Shown here: positions 11,244 through 21,800 of the stretch, one piece after another
Position numbering within the stretch: the first letter of the stretch is position 1
How the letters are laid out: each line of letters opens with the position of its first letter
Origin: Chiloscyllium plagiosum
Lineage: Eukaryota
Assembly (NCBI RefSeq): GCF_004010195.1
Contig: NC_057718.1
Location: 56,867,166-56,911,516, forward strand
Length of the DNA stretch: 44,351 nucleotides
Reading direction: 5' to 3'
Translations under genes and position numbers: made by a program
Notes under the pieces: model-generated
The model's input: only the letters and a program-made list of their open reading frames with translations
The model's database searches: none
What the model was told of the DNA's origin: nothing

Positions 11244-11450
11244 CAAGCATTTCCCAAGTTGCGAACAGGTTCCATTTTGGAGTCCATTCGCAAGTTGATT
11301 TGTACCCATACTGCAGCACAATGCAAAGCAAATATTCGTTAGTACAGGAAATGTTCATATGTTAAGTCTTTAAAATTACATTTTGTATGGGACCATGTTT
11401 AAAAACACGTGCTCTTAAGTCGAATGTTTGTCAGTCTAAACTTCCTTTAA
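11244..11450. mobile_element. Degenerate Tigger/pogo-like MITE
   Basis: Preceded by TA, with Tigger-like subterminal motifs (gttgcgaac, ttcgcaagtt, taagtcgaa). TIRs badly decayed. Confidence 0.35.
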
Positions 11451-11893
11451 TACAAACTGTAAGATCGTAAGACAAATAGGATAATAATAAATAAGAATAA
11501 TAGGCCATATGCTCAACCAATAAGTGCATGCCTGATCTGATTGTCACCGTACCTCTACTTTTTGCCTATTCCTCATAACCCTCGATTCCCCTTTCCCCTC
11601 TCCTACATTTCCATTATGAAATATTTAGTGGGAAAGGCAAGATTCTAGCTATGGGTGGAAAATAAGGGGAATAAATGGCCTAAGGGAACTTGGCAACAGA
11701 AATAAGTGAACAACAAAGCTCTGAGAGGAGAAAAATTATATAAAGTTCAAAGACTCATTAGAACTAAAAGTGAAGCATATTTAAGATTAAATTTCTAAAA
11801 CTGCAAAAAATTAAATAACATTTGATAAATAAATTAAAATAAAACTTGCCCACAGGCTCAAAGAATTACATTATAAATATGAAATTAATATAG

Positions 11894-12877
11894 TGTTACA
11901 ACATGGAAGGTCGAACCCCTCTGTTAATTAAACCAAACACCCAGAAAAGCTCACCTCACTTCGTAATCTGTTAAAATGTGAGTGATGGAAAACTCCGAAA
12001 TCCTACTATTTAAAGAATAAATTATCAATTTATTTTTCTAACTCAAATAGTGAACAATAAACAAAACTATTCACAACTCCAAGCCCCCTTTCTCTTAACT
12101 GCTTACTATCTGACTCCAACTCTATAACACGACGCTGTTCCAATTAGACACTTATTAAAATTATATTAACTTAATCTCAAAACCACAGTCTATCATCTTC
12201 TATGTCTCCACTTCCTGCTGCTGATCTTCCTGGATCATCTTCTTTCTTTTTACTGAGAGTATGTTTCACTTGAAAAGGTACCTTTGATAGAGAGAGTGTT
12301 TTCTCATTTCTTTGAGAACAAGATGTTAGATTGGCAGTTAGCTCTATGGTAGTTTTTTTTTCTCTCTCTCTCTCTCTCTCTGTGGCAGGTGCTGTCTGGC
12401 CAATTTTCAATATGGTCCATATTCTTATACCCCATCATCAGATTGTCTCATTGGTCCAATGTTGACAAAACAATAAATTCAAACTCGATTGGATTTTAGT
12501 ATCCTGGAGCATAATTTAAACTGATAGGTTAAATTCGAATTGTTGTCAAAACAGCAATCAAAGCACAGTTATGTATTTCACAGCCAAATGTTACATATTT
12601 TCAATTTTCCAGTGCATTCTGGGACGGCCATCTAGTCATACACAGAGGAAGCTCGATTATCCGAAGGACATGGGCAGGGAGTATTTCGTTCGGGTAATCA
12701 AATGTCAGATAAGATAGTTTAGCCAAGCAGTGGAACCTTGCGTTCTTGTCCGGACAATCCGAAATTCAAATAATTGAGGTTCCTTCTGTATACAGGTGTT
12801 TGTAATCTTTCAGTTCAGAACAGCACTCTCTCTCTCTCTCTTTTAAAGGTATAGTACATGCCTTCAATTTCACAACA
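11894..12877 (-). mobile_element. Solo LTR with 4-bp TSD
   Basis: TGTT...AACA termini flanked by ATAG (11890-11893, 12878-12881). On the minus strand CCAAT (12492, 12454), TATAAG (12429) and AATAAA (12034) fall in LTR order. Confidence 0.8.
12643..12788. mobile_element. Tc1/mariner/Tigger-type MITE nested in the solo LTR
   Basis: Imperfect ~23-bp TIRs (CAGAGGAAGCTCGATTATCCGAA versus reverse complement CAGAAGGAACCTCAATTATTTGAA). TA on the right flank. Confidence 0.7.
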
Positions 12878-13471
12878 ATAGATAGAACATGCCACCTAGA
12901 GAAAGGCCCATGAAAGTGGACAGAGACAAGTAGTAGTGATACCTAAACAGGAGTGTTTATTAACAGCCACAACTGGGTAACTACGCATGGGCGCTAATTC
13001 TGAAACAGGCAAGCATACAATTTCAAAGACAAAATGCATGCAATTTTGAAAGAGTGTTCATGAATGGAGATGGAGGAGGATGAGGAGGAATCATCCAGAG
13101 TGGGGACAGGGGTCAGCTTAGGACCCAGGAGCATCACCCCCACAACCCCCCTCCCGACTCTTCTATCCCTTTCTTCTAGCTCTTCCCCCCCCATCCCCAC
13201 CCCTCTACCAGGTGTCTATCTATCCCAGGTTCTGGGCTACATTGCACCCCACCCCACCGCCGCCCCAGAATTATATATGCATGCATGATTTAAAGTAGCA
13301 CATAGTGCACATGCACTGGCGTCAGCAAGCACAGACGATCTAAAACTGGAAGGCTTGAAAGATGGGTAAAAGGTCAAGTATAATGGCATCCGAGTTGAAA
13401 ATAATTTTCATTGAGAAGAGAATCAAGGTCAATTCCCTGAATGGTGGGACTATCTTACGCTGAAAGATTGG

Positions 13472-13900
13472 AGCACTGGGCTTGTATACGCTTAAGTTTA
13501 GAAGGCTGAGAGGGGATCTGATTGAGACGTATAAGATTATTAGAGGATTGGACACTCTGGAGGCAGGAAACATGTTTCCGCTGATGGGCGAGTCCCGAAC
13601 TAGAGGACACAGTTTAAAAATAAGGGGTAGGCCACTTAGAACAGAGTTGCGGAGAAACTACTTCACCCAGAGAGTGGTAGGTGTATGGCATACTCTGCCC
13701 TAGAAGGCTGTGGAGGCCAAGTCTCTGGATACTTTCAAGAAAGATTTGGATAGAGCTCTTAAGGATAGTGGAATCAAGGGTTACGGGGATAAGGCAGGAA
13801 CAGAATATTGATTGAGGATGATCAGCCATGATCATAATGAATGGTGATGCTGGCTCGAAGGGCAGAATGGCCTACTCCTGCATCTATTGTCGATTGTCTA
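13472..13900 (+). mobile_element. CR1 LINE 3' end
   Basis: YTLKFRRLRGDLIETYKIIRGLD...SRTRGHSLKIRG...NYFTQRVV, with a tail ending in (ATTGTC)n-like repeats. Confidence 0.9.
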
Positions 13901-14536
13901 TATTGACGAACCGACAAGGAAGTGAATGAAAGCCACATTCTTATTGAATAACAGTGTAGATTAATTAGGTCAAACGGTGTATTACTGCTCCTAATTCACT
14001 GATGATATCTGGTGAATTGTCAATTAAAAAAAAAAATCAGCATTCCTTGCTTTCTGCCTTTAGATTTCCTACTAGGACTTTGTCCCCTAAGCCTGAGGAT
14101 TGAGGATCTATCACCTTGATGTTCTGACCATCGCTATGACTTCAACCTTCTCAGTGCAACTGAGGCTTTGTGCCCACCATTTATTTAATACTTCTTATAA
14201 ACTCAACCCAATCCTAAATCATTTGCATTAATGAAGTATTTATGAAATGTATTTAGTTATACAATACAAGAAAGTTGGAGATGGGAAAGACTTACTGGGT
14301 AAAAGGAAGGATAATGGGGCATTGCTTTGTTGAAATGCCTTGCCTACTGGTCACATCCTAACTATGCTGTCCTTATTGAAAACTAAGCCAATTTGAAATC
14401 CATAGTAACATCCAAATCCCCTCTCACCTCTGTTACTGTGGCTGATAAAAAAAATTGGTAAAAAAGTAATATTTGGAAGTGAACATCCTATTCACACTGG
14501 TCATTTTGATGTATACCATGTCAGACCAATATGTCA

Positions 14537-14660
14537 TTCTGAAGATGGATCACTGGACTGAAGTGTGATTTCTCTTCACAATTGCTACCACACCTGCTGA
14601 GATTTTTCATCAATTTCTATTTTTGTTTCAGATTTCCAATATCTGTGGTTCTCTCAGCTT
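14537..14660 (+). mobile_element. Old Penelope-like terminal repeat remnant
   Basis: tctgaagatggatcactggactgaagtgt is a decayed hammerhead-like core. The downstream cacctgctgag...gatttccaatatctg resembles 16150-16188 and 25030-25095. Confidence 0.5.
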
Positions 14661-15357
14661 TTTGACTCAATTGCCAGTTTTGCTGTTTTTTGTCCTACTG
14701 GGTTATTCTGTGTACTGGCAACCATATATAACGTATGGGCATTTGATTCACCTCTTCACTTTTCCATCAAAAATTAAGCAACTCTCACTTCACAATATTG
14801 AAACCTTTTATCCACTGACAACTTTGCAAGTGTCTTCCTGTACTTTGGCATAGTCGTTCAGATATTCAGCTACACCCCAAGTTAGTGTCAGCTACAAATT
14901 TCAACAAGATTACCTCTGTTCTAGAGTTCAAATTATTACCATAAACGGAAAGCATTTATTCCAATAAGAGTTCCCATGTTCTGTCAGCCAGAGAAGTTTA
15001 ATATTGTGTAGAGTTTAATAAAACTGTAGATTTTATAATCTGTAGCTATCTTCCAATCTATCTTGTTATCTTGTCATTATTTCAAGGTCATGTGATAAGA
15101 TTATCATTTGGTTTGTATAATTCTATATACTGAGCACAATATCACCGAAATTCAAGTCATTCTCTATCGATTAAATCTACTAATCCTTTATTTTTTCGAT
15201 CTCATTTTTCCAAGAAGTTTAGCATCCACACACAAACAGAACACCACCACCAGAATTCTTTCTGTCAATCATGTGATCTGTCATAAGCAAGATCTCTTAA
15301 TACATACATGCAACTAATGCATATTTAACAAACAATCCTGCAAGAAATTACACCTAC

Positions 15358-15504
15358 CATCTCCATATCATGTAATTTAGCCATTAACTGCAGATTCTCT
15401 TTCTCGAATTCATGCAATTTGTCACAACGTGCTCGGGCTCCCTCAAGCTGGTCTTCCAACATTATTTTTGTCTCTAACAAGATTTTGTTATCTTCTTTTA
15501 ACTC
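15358..15504 (-). CDS. CCDC88A: CCDC88A coding exon (~exon 11), 147 nt
   Basis: tttcag| acceptor and |gtaggt donor. [49 protein letters not shown]. Confidence 0.96.
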
Positions 15505-15589
15505 CTGAAAGTTTTAAATACTAAAAATATTAAGATATTCTACTGCAGAAAGAAATATTAACTGGCATTTATTCTATAGCACAACATAC

Positions 15590-15748
15590 CTCAGTTCTTG
15601 CTTTGTAAAATTCTATGTCATGCAGTCGATCTTTGTACCGTATAACTTCACTTTCAAGCTTTTCAACTTTAATTGCTTTTTCACGCAATGAATCAAGTTC
15701 ATCCCGATATGCCCTAGCAGAACGAGCATCTGACTGAAGTTGCAGGTT
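15590..15748 (-). CDS. CCDC88A: CCDC88A coding exon (~exon 10), 159 nt
   Basis: ttcccag| acceptor and |gtatgt donor. [53 protein letters not shown]. Confidence 0.96.
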
Positions 15749-16027
15749 CTGGGAAGTAGATAGTTAATTTCAGAACACAGTAGTGAAAACAATTATTTTA
15801 TGCAAGTCATGAGCAAGTTTTCATAACATAAAGACTAAAGTGGCTAAATTAACAATAATCTATAGCCAGAAGGTTTCAATTTCATGTTTTAACGAGAAAT
15901 TTTAGTATACTATGACAAGATTGGGAAAATTTTAATTTCTGTTAAATAATGCTACACAGCAAAAGTACATGAATTTTGGAAACCGACAATTCATATTCCA
16001 AGAATACAATGCTTATACTAATTACAG

Positions 16028-16186
16028 GAGAAAGTGAGAACTGCAGATGCTGGAGATCAGAGCTGAAAATGTGTTGCTGGAAAAGCGCATTCCTGAAGAA
16101 GGGGTCATGCCCGAAACGTCGATTCTCCTGCTCCCTCCTGGATGCTGCCTGACCTGCTGCGCTTTTCCAGCAACACATTTTCAGCT
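16028..16186 (+). mobile_element. Penelope-derived hairpin insertion with hammerhead core and 16-bp TSD
   Basis: Perfect TSD CTTATACTAATTACAG at 16012-16027 and 16187-16202. Perfect 31-bp inverted repeat at 16059-16089 and 16158-16188. CTGAAGA-A-GGGG-tcat-GCCC-GAAACGTC at 16093-16120. Confidence 0.88.
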
Positions 16187-16258
16187 CTTATACTAATTAC
16201 AGTTCATTTACAGTGGCACACAGTTAATCTGGAAATTACATTTGTACCACATACACAC

Positions 16259-16340
16259 CTCTTGCTGAAGTCTTTTTACTTCAACTTCCATCTGTTCCAC
16301 CTCCTGTTTATAATCCAACAATTGCTCGGTTTTCTCCTCC
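16259..16340 (-). CDS. CCDC88A: CCDC88A coding exon (~exon 9), 82 nt
   Basis: ttttgag| acceptor and |gtgtgt donor. Phase-2 start (AT+G=Met), then EEKTEQLLDYKQEVEQMEVEVKRLQQE. Confidence 0.95.
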
Positions 16341-17233
16341 CTCAAAATAAAAGAATTTAAAACTTAAAACAAAATGAAGACTGCATTATTTATAAATGGT
16401 CACAGAACAGATTACAATGCTGATACATCTCCAACAAATCTGTAAAATTCTGTACATGAACATTGTAAAAATAAAAATGCCAAACATGTTTAACATATGC
16501 TTTCGTAACTGAACTGTGAAACAAAAATGGATTGTGTATTATGGACCATGAACTCCTTATAAGTTTTTTAAGCCACGTCTTTCTGCTCTCAATTGCTCTG
16601 AAGTGCACTGCCATTTTTTTCTATGTTCAATTTGCTTCATGTCCTTTTGACTTTGTAATATCCGAGTTCAGCAATACACCAACACACTGTTTCATGAGAA
16701 AGAAACTTTGATAACAGAAATAACAGCTTATTTCCCACAATATACTATAATTTAGAAAAGATTCTAACCAAAATAGATCAAATAACCTTTGTGTTCAACA
16801 ATATATTAGTGTTCAGCCTTATCTTGCATACAAGACTACATATTTGGCTGTTCAGTGAAAAGCTTAAATGTTTTTGTATGAAAATGGCCAATCCTCTCAA
16901 GAACAACAAAGGATGCCTTCAGTTGCCAACAGTAAGCTGAATTAAACTTTCAGGTCATCCAATGTTGGGTAGGTAGATGGTTAGAGACGAAACTGCCTCA
17001 GGGCTTGTGAAACAAGCAGAGATGGAATTAATTGTCAGTTGCGTACTTCCACCTGGACGAAACTGTCCCGGGTAACCTGTTTAAGGAAGAAGAATCGACA
17101 TCTGGGATATGAGACACAAAAAAAGCAGAAGCCATTTCAGACAAAGTAATGCATAAAATTTAAGTACTAGACATCATTATCATGAAGGCCCATTATAGAA
17201 GAAGACATTCAAGGCAGATGTAGAGATTGAAAT

Positions 17234-18156
17234 AGAGTCATAGAGATGTACATCATGGAAATAAACCCTTCAGTCCAACCCGTCCATGCCGACCAGATAT
17301 CCCAACCCAATCTAGTCCCACCTGCCAGCACCCGGCCCATATCCCTCCAAACCCTTCATATTCATATACGCATCCAAATGCCTCTTAAATGTTGCAATTG
17401 TACCAGACTCCACCATATCCTCTGGCAGCTCATTCCATACACTTATCACCCTCCGCGTGAAAAAGTTGCCCCTTAGGTCTCTTTTATATCTTTCCCCTCT
17501 CACCCTAAACCTATGACCTCTAGTTCTGGCCTCCCCGACCCCAGGGAAAAGACTTTGCCTATTTATCCTATCCATACCCCTCATAATTTTGTAAACCTCT
17601 ATAAGGTCACCCCTCAGCCTCCGACACTCCAGGGAAAACAGACCCAGCCTGTTAAGACTCTCCCCATAGCTCAAATCTTCCAACCCTGGCAACAACCTTG
17701 TAAATCTTTTCTGAACCCTTTCAAGTTTCACAACATCTTTCCGATTGGAAGGAGATCAGAATTGCAAGCAATATTCCAACAGTGGCCTAACCAATGTCCT
17801 GTACAGCCGCAACATGACTTCCCAACTCCTGTACTCAATACTCTGACCAATAAAACAAAGCATACCAAATGCCTTCCTCACTATCCTATCTACCTGCAAG
17901 TATACCAAATGTCACCTTCACTATTCTGTCTACCTGCAACTCCACTTTCAAGGAGCTATGAATCTGCACTCCAAGGTCTCTTTGTTCAGCAACACTCCCT
18001 AGGACCTTACCATTAAGTGTATAAGTCCTGCTAGGATTTGCTTTCCCAAAATGCAGCACCTCGCATTTATCTGAATTAAACTCCATCTGCCACTTCTCAG
18101 CCCATTGGCCCATCTGGTCCAGATCCTGTTGTAATCTGAGGTAACCCTCTTCACTG
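17234..18156 (-). mobile_element. 5'-truncated CR1/HER1-type LINE
   Basis: Nearly intact ORF2 C-terminus (SEEGYLRLQQDLDQMGQWAEKWQMEFN...; KLERVQKRFTRLLPGL...) and a CTATGACTCTA tail. Same family as 40350-44351. Confidence 0.93.
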
Positions 18157-18805
18157 CTAATAACAAAGTCAGCATTTATTGCCAAATCCCCTTGCCTGGG
18201 AAGGTGATGGTGAGCAGCATTCTTTAACTTAGAGCTGCCTGTTAAAGGTGTTCCCACAGTGCTATCAGAGGGAGTTTCAGGATTTTAACCCAGTGATTAT
18301 GAAGGAATAGCAATAGATTTTCAGTTCAGGATGATGGGGGACTTGGAGAGGAACTTGCAGGTACTGGTGTCTCCATGATCCTGCTGCCCTTGTTCTTACA
18401 GCAGGTAGAGGACATGCATTTGGAATGCGCTACCAAACTGAGACATGATGATTTGACACAATGCATCTTATAAATGCTACATACTGCTAATCAATTATGA
18501 GGTGGTGATGTAAGGTGAACTGATCAAGCAGGTTACTTCATCTTGCTTTGTGTCACGCCTCAAGTGCAGTTTGAAGCTGCACGTATTCCCTCACTCATTT
18601 GACTTCTATCTTGTAGATTGTGGAAAAACTTCAGTGGAGGTAAACGATAAGTCTCACCACAGGTCGGTGAATTTCTAACCTGTTTTGTCATCACAGCATG
18701 GATGTGGTTCGATCCAGTTTATGGTTAATAGTGACCCTCAGTATGTTGACTGAGGGAAATTGAATGATGGTAGTACTACTGAATGTTAAAGAAAGATGGT
18801 TGACG

Positions 18806-21800
18806 AAGCAAGATGGCGGAGATTTTGTAGAACTGCTGTGGACATCTCTGCCTAACAGCCAAGGCATACCGGTGCATTTTGCCATCCCTGGCCAACTTAT
18901 GTGGTGGAATTAATAGTTTAAAACCTTACAGAACACATATTTGTTAATATATGGGAGTGGAAAGGATGCCAAAGGGAAAAGGAGCAAACAAGCAGCAGCA
19001 GGGAGGACACTGCCCTGCAGCATCAGGCATTCCAGAGACTGCAGCAACAGCAACATCTCCTGAACCGCGCCCCCTCCCGGGGACCTGACAGACTCTCAGG
19101 AATTGGCTGTGGCGATGGAGAGACTTAGCTTGAAAGTTGCGGCTGCGATTGAGGAAATCCGTGAGGAGATTTGTGCCCAGGTCCAACCTATCACATCCAT
19201 GCTGCAGAAGCATGAGCAGGAGATCCAGGGCCTCGGTGAGAATGAAGGAGGTGGAGGGTCAAACCAAGGCCTCAAAAGCTGCGATGGAATCCTCATCCAG
19301 TCGGATCCAGGTGCTGGAGCGAGAGGTGCGGGCCTTGCGAAACCATATCGACGACCTTGAAAATCAAGGTTGGAGGATAAATCTCCAAATAGTCCGGCCC
19401 CCTGAAGGTGAGCAGCCACTCAGTTTCTTTGAAAGCTGGCTGCCAAAGGTTTTGGGCCTTCACACAGAGTCCAGCAGGCTTCAGATTGAAAGAGCATATC
19501 GGGTTACAGTGCACAGGTCAGGCCCAGTGCAGCGCCCCCGTTCTGTCCTTGTGCACTTCCAGTCACATAAGGACAAGTTAAAAAGTCATAGAAGCTTCTT
19601 GATCCCTGGGAAAAGATCTGCAGGCACTGCTGTACAAGGGGTCAAAAATCATGTTTTTCCAGGATTTTTCAACAGCTGTAATTCGAAAGAGGAAGTCCTT
19701 CGATGAAGTTAAAAAGAGGCTGAGGAACCTGAGCATCCAGTACTCCATGATATACCCCGCAGTACTTCGTTTCAGCCACAAGGACTCAGTTTATACATTT
19801 GAATCGGCAGATAAAAACTTTGTGGACACTTTAAAAATAGACGGATTGGCCTGAAGAATATGGTTAATGTTTGTTCTTTTTTCTATCTTTCCCCATGTTT
19901 TCCCTTTTTTTTTTATTCCTTTCTTTCTTCCTAATAATTTCCTTTTTGGAAAGGGGGAAAAAGAATTTGGAATAAGTTGTTCCTATTTTTTTTAATAACC
20001 GGATTTTCTGATGGGAAATTTTGTCGATGTTCTTTGGTGTCTCTCCCCCTCTTTATTTTTATTTGTTCTGCTTCTCTTTTGGTCACAAGTAGGGGTGACA
20101 TGAAGCCAGGGATGGGTGGAGTGCTCATTCTGACTTGGTCTTTTTTTTCTTGTTGAGTTAAGGATCATCTCCTTGTTTTTTTTTCTGGCCTAAGGCTGGG
20201 GCACAGTCCGGGTTTGAAGTAGCTGTGAAAGACAGGATGGGTAGGGTAAGTGCCCCCTATGGGCAGGGGGAAGAGTCTTCCATTCTAGGTTCTATAGTTG
20301 GTTTTATTTGTAGTTTTTTGGTAGTAATAGTTGTTTATAGTTATGATAGAGTAGTTTTTGTGTATATAGATTTTCAATTCTATGAGTTTATTTACTTATG
20401 CTCGACCCTTTGTAAGCAGGGTTCTCTCTCAGAGGGGTTCAAGGGTCTCTGAAAGGGGATATGGCTAAGTGTCTTATTAAATGGTGCACCTGGAACATTA
20501 AGGGAAGTCATTCACCTATTAAAAGGAAAAAAGTGCTTTCTAGCCTTGAGAGAAAGGGTTGATTTGCTTTGTGCAGGAAACCCATCTTGATGATGGGGAA
20601 CACCTGAAATTACAACAGGGGGGTTATGACCGGGTATTCTTTTCATCCTTTACTACTAAAAATAGGGGAGTGGCGGTACTTATCCAGAAAAATCTTCCAT
20701 TCACATTGTTAGAGCAGATGAATGATGAGCAGGGACGGTTTGTGATACTTAAAGCCCTGATACATGGGGAGAAATACGGCATTTTAAATGTCTACTGTCC
20801 TCCGGTGCATCCCCTCAAATTTTTGATTAGTGCTTTCTCTAAGTTGAGTGCTTTTGGAACACGGCACATTATTATAGGGGGGGATTTTAATTGTCTTTTG
20901 GATCCGACAGTGGACAGGATGTCTTGTGGGTCCCCAACTATTTCTTCGCAGGCCAAGCAGGTGGTTGACTTATGCGAGGAGTTGGGGCTGGTGGATATTT
21001 GGAGATGTCTTCACCCTACAGGCAGGGACTTCACCTTTTTTTCCAACCCACATAAATGTCACACGAGGATTGACCTCTTTCTGGCTCCCTCGGCCCTTCT
21101 GGATTCGATTATGAGTTGTAAAATTGGGAATATAGCTATCTCTGATCACGTGGCAGTATATTTGGAGGTTAAGGCCAAGAGTGAAGGGCTAGGTTTGCGA
21201 CACTGGCGTTTGGACCCTTTTCTCCTTAAGCATTCCAAATTTTGTGGAATACTTTTTGAAGGAGTTTCAGGAATTCTTGACTATCAACTCAGGCACGGCT
21301 AGTAGTCCGCCCATGCTATGGGAGACTGCTAAGGCCTTTGCTAGGGGATTAGCTATTTCCTATTTGACTAGCCAGAAATGACAGAAGGAGGAACAGCAGC
21401 GTCTACTTGAGACGCAGTTGAAAGCCGCGGAGGCAGCACATTTTGTGCGGCCTTCAGTGACTAAGCTACAGCGGATCACGGCTCTTTGGGCTGCCTTGAA
21501 TTCAATACTGACACAAAATGCAAAGAAAGAACTTGCTTTTGCTAGACAGAGGCTGTTCGAATATTGGGATAGGCCAGGGAAGTATTTAGCGTACCTGACT
21601 AGGAAAAAGCGTGCTCACCAATCCATTACTGCAATCAGAGACAGCACTGGGGTCCTTACATACGATGCTAAAAAGATTAATGGGGCTTTTCAGAGCTTTA
21701 CTCTAAATTGTATCAGTCTGAAGGCTGCAAAGATAGGAGGGCTAAAATGGAGACCTTTTTTTGAGAACCTGGACATCTCAGGGGTAACCTTGGAACAGGC

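Noticed and set aside
12990..13470. Acidic/Pro-rich ORF 13064-13288 or a Harbinger-type non-autonomous element
   Set aside because: Low-complexity sequence with only weak terminal inverted similarity. Cannot be assigned.
16986..17065. Repeated GACGAAACTG (16986, 17056) as hammerhead halves
   Set aside because: No upstream CUGANGA and no convincing stems. Treated as a chance 10-mer repeat.
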